Below are positions 41,501-50,169 of a stretch of DNA of 64,000 nt, piece by piece; the stretch's first letter is position 1, and every line of letters starts with the position of its first letter. The position numbers and the translations under genes were made by a program. The notes under the pieces are model-generated. The model was given only the letters and a program-made list of their open reading frames with translations. It searched no databases and was not told the origin of the DNA. Origin of the DNA: Lytechinus pictus (lineage: Eukaryota); NCBI RefSeq assembly GCF_037042905.1, contig NC_087249.1, forward strand, positions 28,086,001 to 28,150,000. The letters run 5' to 3'.

Positions 41501-44500
41501 AAATCAAATGTATGTATTTCTATTATTGATACAACTACACTCAACTTAGATGTATGTATTCTTCCTAAAACTTGTGTAAAAAATTGGCGGAAGGCATTTC
41601 AGACATCAATTGCTTACCAAAAATCAAATTCTTACCAAACTCTAATTCAATAAAAATATCAAGTTTTGCCTTGTTTTAAAAAAGAAAAAGAAAAAGAGAA
41701 AATGCTTGGGATAAAACTTAACTGATTACAAGTGACTTTTCCGTTAACCTTCACTGGGAAATCAGAAATTTGATATAAATTCACCTTCACTTGGTCCAAA
41801 TCTTCTCCTCTCCACCTTAGGCTGTAGTTCCTGTCGTTCTTTAGCAGTGACTGGAAACTGTTGCAGCAATCCCTGCAACTCGTTGCAAGTTGCTGCTCCC
41901 ATCTGGAAAGCAGGTGAGCAATCTTCTTCTCCGTTATCATCCATCCTGTTGATTGATTTCTTGGTCAGGGTCAGGTAACGATTGGATCCCTTCCTGCAGT
42001 CAACAAAAAAAAGAGGAAATCAATGAATTATTCTCAATTACAGTATCGCTTAAAAACGTTTATAATGAACAACCCTATCAGCTACCATTGAAAAAACTAA
42101 AATGTATTTTCATACAGCAATTGGATTCACTTTTAGCAAAAATAATATATTTACAGGTATATAACGACCTCTGTCATATCTGACCTTTTAGAAGAAGAGT
42201 TTATAATATTATGAGACCTTGCCAAAGACTATGACAGATCTAGAAGATTTAAAAGACCAGCAATTACATAAAGCCTCAAAGCGGACTCAATGAGAGGGAC
42301 AGATGATAATTAAAAGAACTAACATATTTTAAGAGTGTGTATTATGTGCAGGTAATTCTCTATTAGATGTACACAAAATCAATAATTCAGATAGCCACAT
42401 ACACAGTAAGGTTTCACAGCCCTGATAACTTACCAGAAGGGTGTTTAACAAAGATTTAAATATGACTTAGTGTCGCAACTAGGCATTTAAGAGCGACTTG
42501 AAGTCATACTTAACCCTATTTTAACTGGGCTATTTCAGACCAGGATATACAGGGGGGGAGGGTCAATTTGACCCCCCCCCCCCTTCAGATCTCGGCCGCT
42601 AATTGCACAATCACCGCGAAAATTTGCGGGCGCATAGGGCCGGATGTACACTCCAAGACTGTATAGTAAAATTTTCAATTTTTTTTTCATTAAGTAATTA
42701 TGCAAATAAGCGTATGAAATTTGCCATATTTTTTTGTGTATGTTTTTGCCTTTAACTGACTTTATATAGCTAGTAGAATGCTACTTTTTGGTGAGAGTAT
42801 CAATTTTTACATTTCTGACAAATATCTACAAACAAGTGGAACGCCTCTGGCAGTCTCGCCTGCATTACGCAATTCGATATACCAGCAATGCTGCCTTTGA
42901 AAACAGCTTATAAATAATTATTCACAGAAGAAAACACTACTATGATAATTTAAAATATTATGTCCATTGACCCAACATGACCTTTGACCATGATCATGTG
43001 ACCTAAGACATGTGCAAAATAATCAATCATACTTGGATTACCCTTATGTCGATGTTTCATGAGCTACATCCATACACTTTCTAAGTTATAATGCCAATTC
43101 AACACATACTCCCAACACGGCCAGAGTTCATTGACCTTTAAAGACCTTTGATCTTGGCCATGTTCCTGAAACGTGCACAGGGTATTCAGGGATACAATGC
43201 TGTTCTTATGTCTAAGTTTCATGAACTAGTTCCATAAACTTTTAAAGTTACATGAATGATGACGATTCCACAAATACCCCCAACATTACCAAAATTTGTT
43301 GACTCTAAATGATCTTTGACCTTAGTCATGTGACCTGAAACTCCCACATGATATTCAGGGATACATGGTTGCTCTTATGTCCAAGTTTCATGAACTAGAT
43401 CCATAAACTTTTAAAGTTATGATGACAATTCCTCAAATAACGCCAACATGGCCAAGGTTTGTTGACCGTAAGTGACCTTTGATCTTAATCATGTGACCTG
43501 AAATTCAGGCAGGATATTCAGTAATACTTGATTACCCTTATTTCCAAGTTTTATGAACTAGGTCTATATACTTTTTAAGTTATGATGACATTTAAAAAAC
43601 TTAACCTTGGTTAAACTTAAGATTTCAATGTTGACGACGCCGCCGTCGGAAAAGCGTCGCCTATAGTCTCGTTCTGCTATGCAGGCGAGACAAAAATTGA
43701 CAAAATATAATTAATTTCTTATGTATTTTATTTAATTTTTTTTTTTTCATATATTTTGTTTTTCGAACCTTTGTTTTTTCTGATGAACTTTGCCGGGGAC
43801 CCTTTTGCAATCATAAACAGCATTAAATAAATCCATTTAAACCAAGAAAAGTAAAAATAATAATACATTTATGGTTTTTGGTTGAAAAACACAATTTGCA
43901 TTGACTTTGTACATGGAATCACTTTTTGAGCAATTTTGGGTCTGACATGCACTTAAGAAATGTTCAATCATTTCGGAAACGCGTACCCGGGCGTCGCAAA
44001 TTTAGTCTCAATAAAAATACTAATACTAATAGCTGGATTTATATAGCGCTTTTTGCCCGAGGATACAAAGCGCATGCTCTTATTACCCCGGCTATAGCTC
44101 GAGCTACCAACACCGGTGCTCAGTGCATGCAAGGAATTCAAATTCAAATTTATTTATTTCACTTCCATCAAACAAAAACAAATTGTATACCATATATAAA
44201 CATAAATATTTGTATCCGGTGCAAAAAAAAAATTAATAATACATATGTTGTGAAAAAAACACTTAGACAATTTGGTCAACACATTGTAGGTTTTAAATAT
44301 GTATACTATTTTTCAATAGAAATGAAATTAAGATGGAAATGGAGGGACCCACTAAAGAGCAATGCTTGTACAATGTGGGCCCCTCAAAAAATAGATAACA
44401 CAACAAATAACAAAATAACATAGTACAAATACAGATATATATGTAATCAAATGAGAAAAAAATAAATAAATGAGAGAGAAATAATACTCACGAAATAAAT

Positions 44501-47500
44501 ACGAAGTTATCAAAAAATACAGTTTGATATAGGACAAAACAACCCATCCTAAAATATATCCACCCTTCCCCACCCCACCCCCCCCCCCCTCCCTAGAAAA
44601 AGAGAAGAAAAAAGGGGAGAAAGCCCTGAGAAGATGGATGGGTGCTGCTGAACTTAGGTAGAACATATGCCATCGTGGACTCAAGCAAACTGGATTCAAT
44701 GATGTGTATAAAAAGATAAAAAATATATAAAAATAACCTGGAAAGAATATAATGCACGAAAAATGTGATTGATGCTGTGAACAAATAACCGGTAGGAAGG
44801 CGGATAAGCGGACAGGAAAGAAAGAGAAAATAGAGGAGAGGATAGACACAATAATGTATGAGGTTCAATAACGAGCACATCTGAGAAGGACTTGTGTCAG
44901 ATTTTTTTTTTTTCAATAAAAAAAGGATGATTATTTTATGTTTTAATTATAGTCTTTATAGTAATAATGATGACTTGACAGAGATGATGAATTAGACTTA
45001 ATTTGGGAGTATATTATAAGATTTTAATAGAAATAATTTGAATTTAGTCTTAAAAGAGTTCAAAGATTTTGCAGTTGTTATATCATTATGAAGTGAGTTC
45101 CATAACTTCGGTCCATCATAAATAAATGTGTTCTGAGCCAGCAAAGTTCTTAAAAGTGGTAAATGGAATTCACCCAATCGCCTTGTTGGATAGTTATGAA
45201 TGGATTGATTTTTTGGAAACATTGAATTAAATACATTTGGGAGGTAGTTGTTGTTATAGTTATACATAAACTGACCGAGATTAAACAAATATAAGTCTTT
45301 AATTTTCAATATTTTATGTTAAAAAAATAATGGGTCAGTATGAGACAAATATGCTGTGTGACTTATGATATGAAGAGACTTCTTTTGTAATAGGAGTAAT
45401 TTGTCTAAGAGTGTTTGTTGTGTATTACCCCACGCTAAAATTCCATAATTTAAATAAGGCAATACAAGGGATGAATATAATGTAAGCAGGGACGATAATG
45501 GTAAACAAAATTTGAGCTTGTTAATTATACCAATGTTGCGTGAAATGGTTTTACATATGTTATCTATGTGGAATTTCCTTGAGAGCTTATCATCGACTGT
45601 TATTCCAAGAAATTTAATATGGGATACATTTTCCAAGGGAGTTCCATCCAAAATAATATCAAATGGAAGTGTATTTATAGAGTTGCTAAACAACATATAT
45701 TTTGTTTTTTGAAGATTTATTGACAATTTATTTGCTCTTATCCATTGGGTGACATTTTCTAGTTCAGAGTTGATTATATTAGCAAGGTGAAGAGGATTTT
45801 TATGTGAAAAAATAAGTTAGAGTCGTCCGCAAAGAGAATAAAAGAAAGAACATCTGATGATCTACAATAATCATTAATATGAACTATAAACAAAATTGGG
45901 CCTAAAAGACTACCCTGTGGAACTCCACAATTAATTTATTTCATTTGAGAATTGCACCCGTTTAAAAAGACATGTTGCTTCTTATTCAAGAGGTAGCTCC
46001 TGAACCACTCCAAGGCCCTACCACGCACTCCATAATGATGTAATTTGTTAAGTAAAATATCATGATTAATGGTGTCGAAGGCCTTGGAGAAGTCCAGGAA
46101 CAAACCAATTAAATGTGAAGATTTATCGATTGAATGTGCCGCTTTTTCAATGAAACTCAATAATGCATATGTGTAGTGCTATGCTTTTCCCTAAATCCAA
46201 ATTGGGAATTTGAAAATATATTATTTGATTTGAAAAAATTTATAGTTCTTTTATAAATAATCTTTTCTAGAATTTTCGACAATGTAGATAACAAAGAAAT
46301 TGGGCGGTAATTATTATCATCTAATTTGTCACCCTTTTTAAACAAAGGAATGACTTTTGCTATTTTCATATGATCAATCCTGCCGGGTACCCATTCACCT
46401 CAACTGGGTCGAGTGCAGCACAGTGTGGATAAATTTCGTGCTGAAGGAAAACACGCCATGGTTAGGATTTGAACCTGCGATCCTCTGTGAGAGTCAGGAC
46501 CACTAGATCATGATGCGCCCAAAAGATGCACAAGACTTGAAAGTAAAAAATCAGCGAGCAGGGCGGTCAAAAAAATTAGCGCAACAGCGTAGTGACAAAA
46601 TTTGTCAAGGGGGGGGGGGGTCAATTTGACCTCCCCCCTTAAAAAAGGGTTAAATCTTTGTGCAACGCCCCCCAGAACACATTTTGCTTTTTTCATGGTC
46701 ACGCTTACAAGGCATAAATTAAATCGACGGCCAGACCGTCGATGCCCCTATAACTGGCCTTTACAAAAAATGTTCAATTCACGGCCAAAAAAGCCGTGCG
46801 CTTTTTTTCTAACTGGCCGACGTGCCCTTTTTTCAAAATTGGTCATGCCCTTTCTCAGACTCAATGTAACTGTAAGATTAAAGTTTACAAAGTTCTCCCA
46901 TATTTCACAAGCAAAAATACAGAAGAGAGAGAAAAAACAAAGTTAACAACTTCCCTCAATTCAAACTGCAAGCCATTTTCCGTGATTTTGTTTGATCTAC
47001 ACACACACACACACGCATAGTCAGCATACAGTGTACATGTACTAGCTGCTGCACGTGGCCTGGCCTACCTGCCTGTGTGGTGTGCGGCAGGCTTGCATGA
47101 TCAGAGGAGATTTGCAAACTCTGAATCAAAGTGAACAATCTCGCATGATTAACAGTTTTTCCAACAAAATAATCACAAAATCGGCAGGAAATTTTTATAA
47201 TTACATGTATATGGATTCTCAGATTAATGATTTGGTGATGTAGTCGGAGGAGCAAGTAATTGAGTTTTCATTACGAGATCGGTCTAGTTGTTTCGTGTTC
47301 GCATTGATAACAAGAAGACACGACAATGGGAAGAGAGATGCCTAGCCTGTGTAGGTGTGATGCCGCGATGTTTCACCTAATTTTTAAGTTTGACATTGTT
47401 CCACTTTGAAATTTTATTCGTTTCTAAAACATTTTAGTTTTCTTACAATTTTCAAATATATTATATAAAAAAAGAAGTATCAGTACGATTTTTGTTAGAC

Positions 47501-50015
47501 GATTACATTTGTTTTGTTTGCTTGAAGTTTGAATTTTTTTCCCTCTTTAATTCTTTCTTCATTCCTTTCTTTATTGCTTTCTTTCTTTCATTTTTCTTTC
47601 TATTCTATCCTTTTTTCTTCATCCTTCTATCCTTCCTGCTTGCCTTTTTTTTGTTCTATCTTATTTCAAATCTTTCCTAGCTTTCTTTCCTGATCCTTTT
47701 TCTCTGTTAATTTTTTGTTCTTTCCTTCCTTTTCTTACTTTCCTTTTATTTCCTTTCTTCTTTCTTTCCTTAATTTTGTTTTGCTCCCTTCCTCTCCTTT
47801 TTCTTTTCATTCTTTCTGTCATTCCCTCTTTCTTCTGAAGTTCTTTCGTTCTTTTCTTGCTTTCACCCTCTCTTCGCTCCATTTCCTTTCATTCCTTTTC
47901 TTTTCCTTTCCCTTATTCTTTCTTATCTTCCTGTTTTTTTTCTTTCCCTCTTTCTTTTTTCCATTCCTTCTTTCTTCATCCTATCTTTTCTGAATTCCCT
48001 TTTCCATTCCATCTATCTTTATTTCTTATTATTTCCTAGCTTTCCTTCCTTTTTTTTATGTTCATTTATTTTCTTTATTCTTTCCTCATTTGCATGTCCC
48101 TCGTTGCTTTTCTTTCTTTCTGTCTGCCTTTCTTTTTTTTCCTTCTTTTTTTAATTCATTTTTTTTATTTCCTTCATTCTTTCTTTTCTTAAAATTTTCT
48201 TTGCTTCCTTTTCCCTTCCTCTCCCTTTTCTTTTTGTTCTTTCTCTCCTTCTATTATTTTCTTTCTTTTTTCATTCTCTCCTTCCTCTCTTTCATCCTTT
48301 ATTTCATTCTTTTTCCTTTTTGTTATTCCCTTCCTTCCTTCCTTCCTCCCTTCCTGTTTTTCTTCTTTCTTTTTCTCAAAGAATGAAGGAAACATTTTTC
48401 TTTCCATCATTCCTTCATTCATCCTCCGTTTTTTTCTTACTCTCTTATTTTCTTTCTCTCCTTTTTTCTTTCAAACATTCATTCATCTTCCCTTCCTTTT
48501 TTCTTTTTTCATTTATTTCAAAGAATGAAGGAACCTTTTTTCTTTCCTTTATTATTTCTTTCATCCTTCTTTTATTCTAACTTTCTTTCTTTTCACGGTT
48601 TTTCCCTTCAATTTCTTTACTTCATTTTTCCCCTTCATTTTTTCTTTCTTTCTTCTCCATTCATCTGTTTTCTTTGTCTCCTTCATTCTTTATTTCACCC
48701 ATTTGTTCCTTTCCTTTTCTTTCTTTTTTTTCCTTTCTTTATATTTTTCTTTCTTCATTTCTTTCTTTCTTCCTTTATAATTATTTTCAGTGACTCCCTT
48801 TTTTATTTTGTGCCACGGTCACAAAAGTACATGAAAATATATGAGAGAGGAAATCATTCACATAGCATATCAACAAACTAATTTCGGTCATGGCCAGCAA
48901 AATAAAATAACTTTGAAAAAAAAAATACATTTTTACAAATACAAGGTACATCAGTTCATGTTAAAAAGAGGAAAAAGGCAATGGTACATGTCCATAGAAC
49001 AGCACTTCTTTTCTTTAAATGGTAAAATCTTGTTATGAAATATTTTTTTGGGGGCAAGTGAAATATATATTCGGGCAAGTATTTTCCAACTATTTAGAAA
49101 TAAAAAAGGTTATGTAGCATCCTGTACAAGATTAAGTACATTAGACATCTAAAAGAAAGGATACCGAAAAAAAATGGCCTTCGAAGCCCTTCTTTGAAAA
49201 AGATTTTGGCCTTGGTGCCCTTTGTAGTGGCCTTGGTGCCCTAAAAAATAGGAGGCATTTCAAGGCCAAACTGGCCTTGCCCTAAAAATGACGAAATTTA
49301 AGGCCTGCGCTTACATAGATAAATGCATAGAAACATACATCAACCACAAACTGTAAAGAGTTGTATATGACAAGTCCCGCCCAAACCAATTGCAAGCCAT
49401 AGCTATCTTACCCTTTACTCTTTGATTTGAGACCGCATGTGGTAGCAAGGCGATGGATGTAAGCCCTCTCATTGTTACTGAAAGATGCAGGAAACTCCAA
49501 TACTACAAGACAAAGCAGAAGAAAATCCAAATGACATTTGCACCACTTAAAGTTTAGATACTCTAATATACAAGCACAGCTTCGAATGGAATTCATTTCA
49601 GTAATACATTAACACAGCCATTAACACAGCCATCCCCTAAATCGAAAATATTATGAAATGAAAATGTACAGATTGTTTTATTTTTAGGCTTATAAATCCA
49701 GCTCCAATGAAATGCTAGATATTACTACTATGGTACTAATAATTTATTCAATTATTGGTATAGATAAAGATCAACAAACAGTACTGGTTAAAAGGGTCAA
49801 CTTCACTATTTATTTTATGTACAGAGAAGAAATATGAACAAATGACTGAAAGAACTTTAAAAACAAACAAAAAATATTCTGAATACTAACTGACCTGTCT
49901 CTGATTCATCATGTCTGAATTGTTGGATTGCAATGTCTACTGAAATCTTGAACTCCTCCCCAACACATATCTCTTTCTTTGGCTTTCTAGATTTACCTCT
50001 CCCTCTGTCTCCCAT
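17166..50015 (-). CDS. YTHDC2: YTHDC2-family 3'-5' DExH RNA helicase (R3H + DExH + ankyrin insert + HELICc + HA2 + OB). 31 coding exons, about 1390 aa, no YTH domain
   Basis: Manual splicing gives a continuous frame of 4173 nt. Motifs: R3H ([17 protein letters not shown]), [27 protein letters not shown], ankyrin ([10 protein letters not shown]), [83 protein letters not shown]. The ankyrin insert plus R3H are diagnostic of YTHDC2. Confidence 0.95.
18095..18272 (-). CDS. YTHDC2: YTHDC2 exon 30, RGG/G-rich ([24 protein letters not shown]...[12 protein letters not shown])
   Basis: GC-rich island in AT-rich intron DNA; AG/gtaata flanks; phase 1/2. Confidence 0.8.
18902..18953 (-). CDS. YTHDC2: YTHDC2 exon 29 ([17 protein letters not shown])
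   Basis: CAGCAG (NAGNAG) acceptor, gtaagt donor; phase 0/1. Confidence 0.78.
19290..19351 (-). CDS. YTHDC2: YTHDC2 exon 28 ([20 protein letters not shown])
   Basis: ttacag/gtaaag flanks; phase 1/0 fits the neighbouring exons. Confidence 0.75.
20265..20361 (-). CDS. YTHDC2: YTHDC2 exon 27 ([32 protein letters not shown])
   Basis: Last segment that aligns to vertebrate YTHDC2; AG/gtatgt flanks. Confidence 0.92.
20397..20749 (-). mobile_element. tRNA-derived SINE with CORE-like central domain and (tta)n tail
   Basis: Minus strand: A box TGGTGTAGCGG, B box GTTCGAATCC, central ttggcaaag...cacccaggtgttaaatgggtacc. Confidence 0.85.
21107..21202 (-). CDS. YTHDC2: YTHDC2 exon 26 ([32 protein letters not shown])
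   Basis: 96 nt, phase 0/0; resembles vertebrate YTHDC2. Confidence 0.93.
21502..21754 (-). CDS. YTHDC2: YTHDC2 exon 25 ([18 protein letters not shown]...[14 protein letters not shown])
   Basis: Lies in ORF 21475-21843; AG/gttagt flanks. Confidence 0.9.
21954..23119. mobile_element. Composite DNA element of about 1.2 kb (copy 1) with acctttcg-type ends and two internal MITEs
   Basis: Colinear, highly similar copy at 58495-59691; internal IR pairs at about 21984-22105 and 22563-22862. Confidence 0.8.
23196..23333 (-). CDS. YTHDC2: YTHDC2 exon 24, OB fold ([13 protein letters not shown]...[10 protein letters not shown])
   Basis: Lies in ORF 23000-23545; AG/GT flanks. Confidence 0.92.
23370..23510. 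repeat. (CAT)n microsatellite
   Basis: Seen directly; it produces the spurious poly-D/M/H/I ORFs. Confidence 0.95.
23570..23840 (-). mobile_element. tRNA-derived SINE (diverged)
   Basis: gtggctcagtgg A box, ggttcaaatc B box, gggtacc core shared with the other SINEs. Confidence 0.75.
24253..24429 (-). CDS. YTHDC2: YTHDC2 exon 23 ([17 protein letters not shown]...AGMYPN...)
   Basis: Lies in ORF 24249-24545; AG/gtaagt flanks. Confidence 0.94.
24453..25033. mobile_element. TTAA-flanked (Kolobok-like) MITE with inverted arms of about 190 bp
   Basis: ttaa|agggatggtcgggctgaa ... ttcagcccggaccatccct|ttaa; arms 24453-24640 and 24845-25033. Confidence 0.85.
25631..25725 (-). CDS. YTHDC2: YTHDC2 exon 22 ([31 protein letters not shown])
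   Basis: AG/gtatga flanks. Confidence 0.92.
26187..27082. mobile_element. GC-rich non-autonomous DNA transposon (Harbinger-like GGC termini)
   Basis: ctgcaccatcccgagttt / aaacttcgggatggtgcagacggcc TIRs; internal tctcgagatt and cgtctgcacc sub-repeats. Confidence 0.75.
27175..27281 (-). CDS. YTHDC2: YTHDC2 exon 21 ([10 protein letters not shown]...[11 protein letters not shown])
   Basis: AG/gtcagt flanks. Confidence 0.92.
27600..28470. repeat. Tandem repeat, unit of about 104 bp, about 8.3 copies
   Basis: aatgcatgaat recurs at about 27625, 27731, 27833, 27937, 28041, 28147, 28250, 28353 and 28461. Confidence 0.95.
28481..28646 (-). CDS. YTHDC2: YTHDC2 exon 20, HA2 ([15 protein letters not shown]...DPRLGKM...AYKDP)
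   Basis: Overlaps ORF 28371-28634; AG/gtaaga flanks. Confidence 0.94.
29264..29383 (-). CDS. YTHDC2: YTHDC2 exon 19 ([11 protein letters not shown]...APEPP...NAVNLLK)
   Basis: 120 nt, phase 0/0. Confidence 0.93.
29819..29924 (-). CDS. YTHDC2: YTHDC2 exon 18 ([12 protein letters not shown]...PEILRTPLH)
   Basis: End of motif VI; AG/GT flanks. Confidence 0.93.
29984..31690. mobile_element. Harbinger-like MITE (gggtga..caagt.cggtgttg TIR, 3-bp TSD aat) interrupted by a LINE
   Basis: aat|gggtgagttcaagtacggtgttg ... caacaccgaacttgaaatcaccc|aat. Confidence 0.75.
30140..31400 (+). mobile_element. 5'-truncated CR1/L2-group LINE: RT C-terminal ORF (30131-30619) plus AT-rich 3' UTR
   Basis: [12 protein letters not shown]...[12 protein letters not shown]...LTTLYDRR is the typical C-terminus of a CR1/L2-type ORF2; the 3' end is approximate. 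Confidence 0.85.
32057..32139 (-). CDS. YTHDC2: YTHDC2 exon 17 ([27 protein letters not shown])
   Basis: Start of motif VI; acceptor preceded by a SINE (tta)n tail. Confidence 0.92.
32141..32424 (-). mobile_element. tRNA-derived SINE abutting the exon 17 acceptor
   Basis: gtggtctagtgg A box, ggttcaaatcc B box, (tta)n tail ending at the AG at 32140-32141. Confidence 0.88.
32977..33057 (-). CDS. YTHDC2: YTHDC2 exon 16 ([27 protein letters not shown])
   Basis: Lies in ORF 32890-33102; motif V. Confidence 0.94.
33068..33545. repeat. Tandem repeat, 160-bp unit, 3 copies
   Basis: aatggaaacaaatattcctttcaaac at about 33076, 33235 and 33395. Confidence 0.92.
33783..33961 (-). CDS. YTHDC2: YTHDC2 exon 15 ([13 protein letters not shown]...[14 protein letters not shown]...RKI)
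   Basis: Read directly; less common GAG acceptor; gtaaga donor. Confidence 0.92.
34455..34630 (-). CDS. YTHDC2: YTHDC2 exon 14 (…[22 protein letters not shown]…)
   Basis: Overlaps ORF 34390-34590; AG/GT flanks. Confidence 0.92.
35049..35114 (-). CDS. YTHDC2: YTHDC2 exon 13 ([21 protein letters not shown])
   Basis: AG/gtaagt flanks; second ankyrin segment. Confidence 0.9.
35635..35761 (-). CDS. YTHDC2: YTHDC2 exon 12, ankyrin repeat ([20 protein letters not shown]...)
   Basis: Lies in ORF 35631-35813; AG/GT flanks. Confidence 0.93.
36109..36244 (-). CDS. YTHDC2: YTHDC2 exon 11 ([15 protein letters not shown]...LLLNENVS)
   Basis: AG/gtgagt flanks. Confidence 0.9.
36841..36998 (-). CDS. YTHDC2: YTHDC2 exon 10 ([11 protein letters not shown]...SAAD)
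   Basis: AG/gtaaga flanks; phase 1/0; internal alternative donor at 36951. Confidence 0.8.
37397..37449 (-). CDS. YTHDC2: YTHDC2 exon 9 ([17 protein letters not shown])
   Basis: AG/gtaatg flanks; phase 2/1. Confidence 0.85.
38048..38102 (-). CDS. YTHDC2: YTHDC2 exon 8 ([17 protein letters not shown])
   Basis: AG/gtaagt flanks; phase 1/2. Confidence 0.9.
38531..38687 (-). CDS. YTHDC2: YTHDC2 exon 7, Walker B and motif III ([12 protein letters not shown]...LMSAALD)
   Basis: Read directly from the sequence; AG/GT flanks. Confidence 0.94.
39038..39140 (-). CDS. YTHDC2: YTHDC2 exon 6 ([34 protein letters not shown])
   Basis: Read directly from the sequence; AG/gtaagt flanks. Confidence 0.93.
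39559..40226. mobile_element. Non-autonomous piggyBac-type element
   Basis: ttaa|ccctaaaag ... cttttaggg|ttaa; related in sequence to 42514-46649. Confidence 0.85.
40352..40518 (-). CDS. YTHDC2: YTHDC2 exon 5 (LPQFILD...TQPRRISA...GYQIRLES)
   Basis: Overlaps ORF 40318-40503; AG/GT flanks. Confidence 0.94.
40620..40825 (-). mobile_element. Degenerate SINE of the same family as 32141-32424
   Basis: ccattcacccaacctgggttgagtgcagcacaat...ggaaaacactgcatgg. Confidence 0.7.
41059..41264 (-). CDS. YTHDC2: YTHDC2 exon 4, Walker A ([10 protein letters not shown])
   Basis: Overlaps ORF 41047-41247; alternative in-frame acceptor at 41255. Confidence 0.92.
41785..41993 (-). CDS. YTHDC2: YTHDC2 exon 3 ([12 protein letters not shown]...[13 protein letters not shown])
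   Basis: ctgcag acceptor, gtgaat donor; phase 2/1. Confidence 0.92.
42831..43696 (-). mobile_element. DINE-1/HINE-like element (copy 2)
   Basis: aacaagtggaacgcctctggcagtctcgcctgcat ... atgcaggcgagacaaaaa; same architecture as 13985-14945. Confidence 0.75.
44016..46520 (-). mobile_element. tRNA-derived SINE split into 44016-44138 and about 46373-46520 by a LINE
   Basis: Joining ...gcatgcaaggaatt to aatcctgccgggtaccc... reproduces the intact copy at 32141-32424. Confidence 0.85.
44139..46372 (-). mobile_element. 5'-truncated, frameshifted L2/Crack-group LINE (reverse transcriptase remnant plus 3' UTR)
   Basis: ORFs 46157-46369, 45936-46160, 45319-45726 and 44998-45309 give [31 protein letters not shown] and FADD; tail aataaataaa(tttgaa)n. 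Confidence 0.92.
47520..48790. repeat. CT-rich polypyrimidine low-complexity tract (about 1.3 kb)
   Basis: Seen directly; it gives F/L/S-rich and K/E/R-rich spurious ORFs. Confidence 0.95.
49412..49502 (-). CDS. YTHDC2: YTHDC2 exon 2, R3H core ([30 protein letters not shown])
   Basis: Lies in ORF 49408-49596; AG/GT flanks; phase 1/2. Confidence 0.93.
49895..50015 (-). CDS. YTHDC2: YTHDC2 coding exon 1 ([40 protein letters not shown]); the exon begins at 50026
   Basis: acag acceptor before 50026; in-frame TAA 9 nt upstream of ATG 50015; donor gtcagt at 49894. Confidence 0.88.
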
Positions 50016-50169
50016 CGTTGATTAATCTGTATTTAAAAAAAAGTCAGTTTCAAAATATTGTGACCATTTAGATTTTAATACTCCAATTACGAGATCAAAT
50101 AGAATTATTCAAAGATATGTAATAAAACACGGAGCTTGCGGGAGCGCCATAGGAATTGTACATCGACCG

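Larger units (their letters stand above)
42514..46649. mobile_element. piggyBac-type non-autonomous element carrying nested insertions
   Basis: ttaa|ccct ... aggg|ttaa; segments 42514-42830, 43697-44010 and 46521-46649 are colinear with 39559-40226. Confidence 0.8.
42439..46673. mobile_element. Outer MITE of the nested cluster, split at its internal TTAA
   Basis: gggtgtttaacaaagatttaaatatgactt...aagtcatac TTAA [insert] TTAA atctttgtgcaacgcccc re-forms an inverted repeat. Confidence 0.75.

Noticed and set aside
47492-48881. Several F/L/S-rich and K/E/R-rich ORFs
   Set aside because: They are translations of a CT-rich low-complexity tract.
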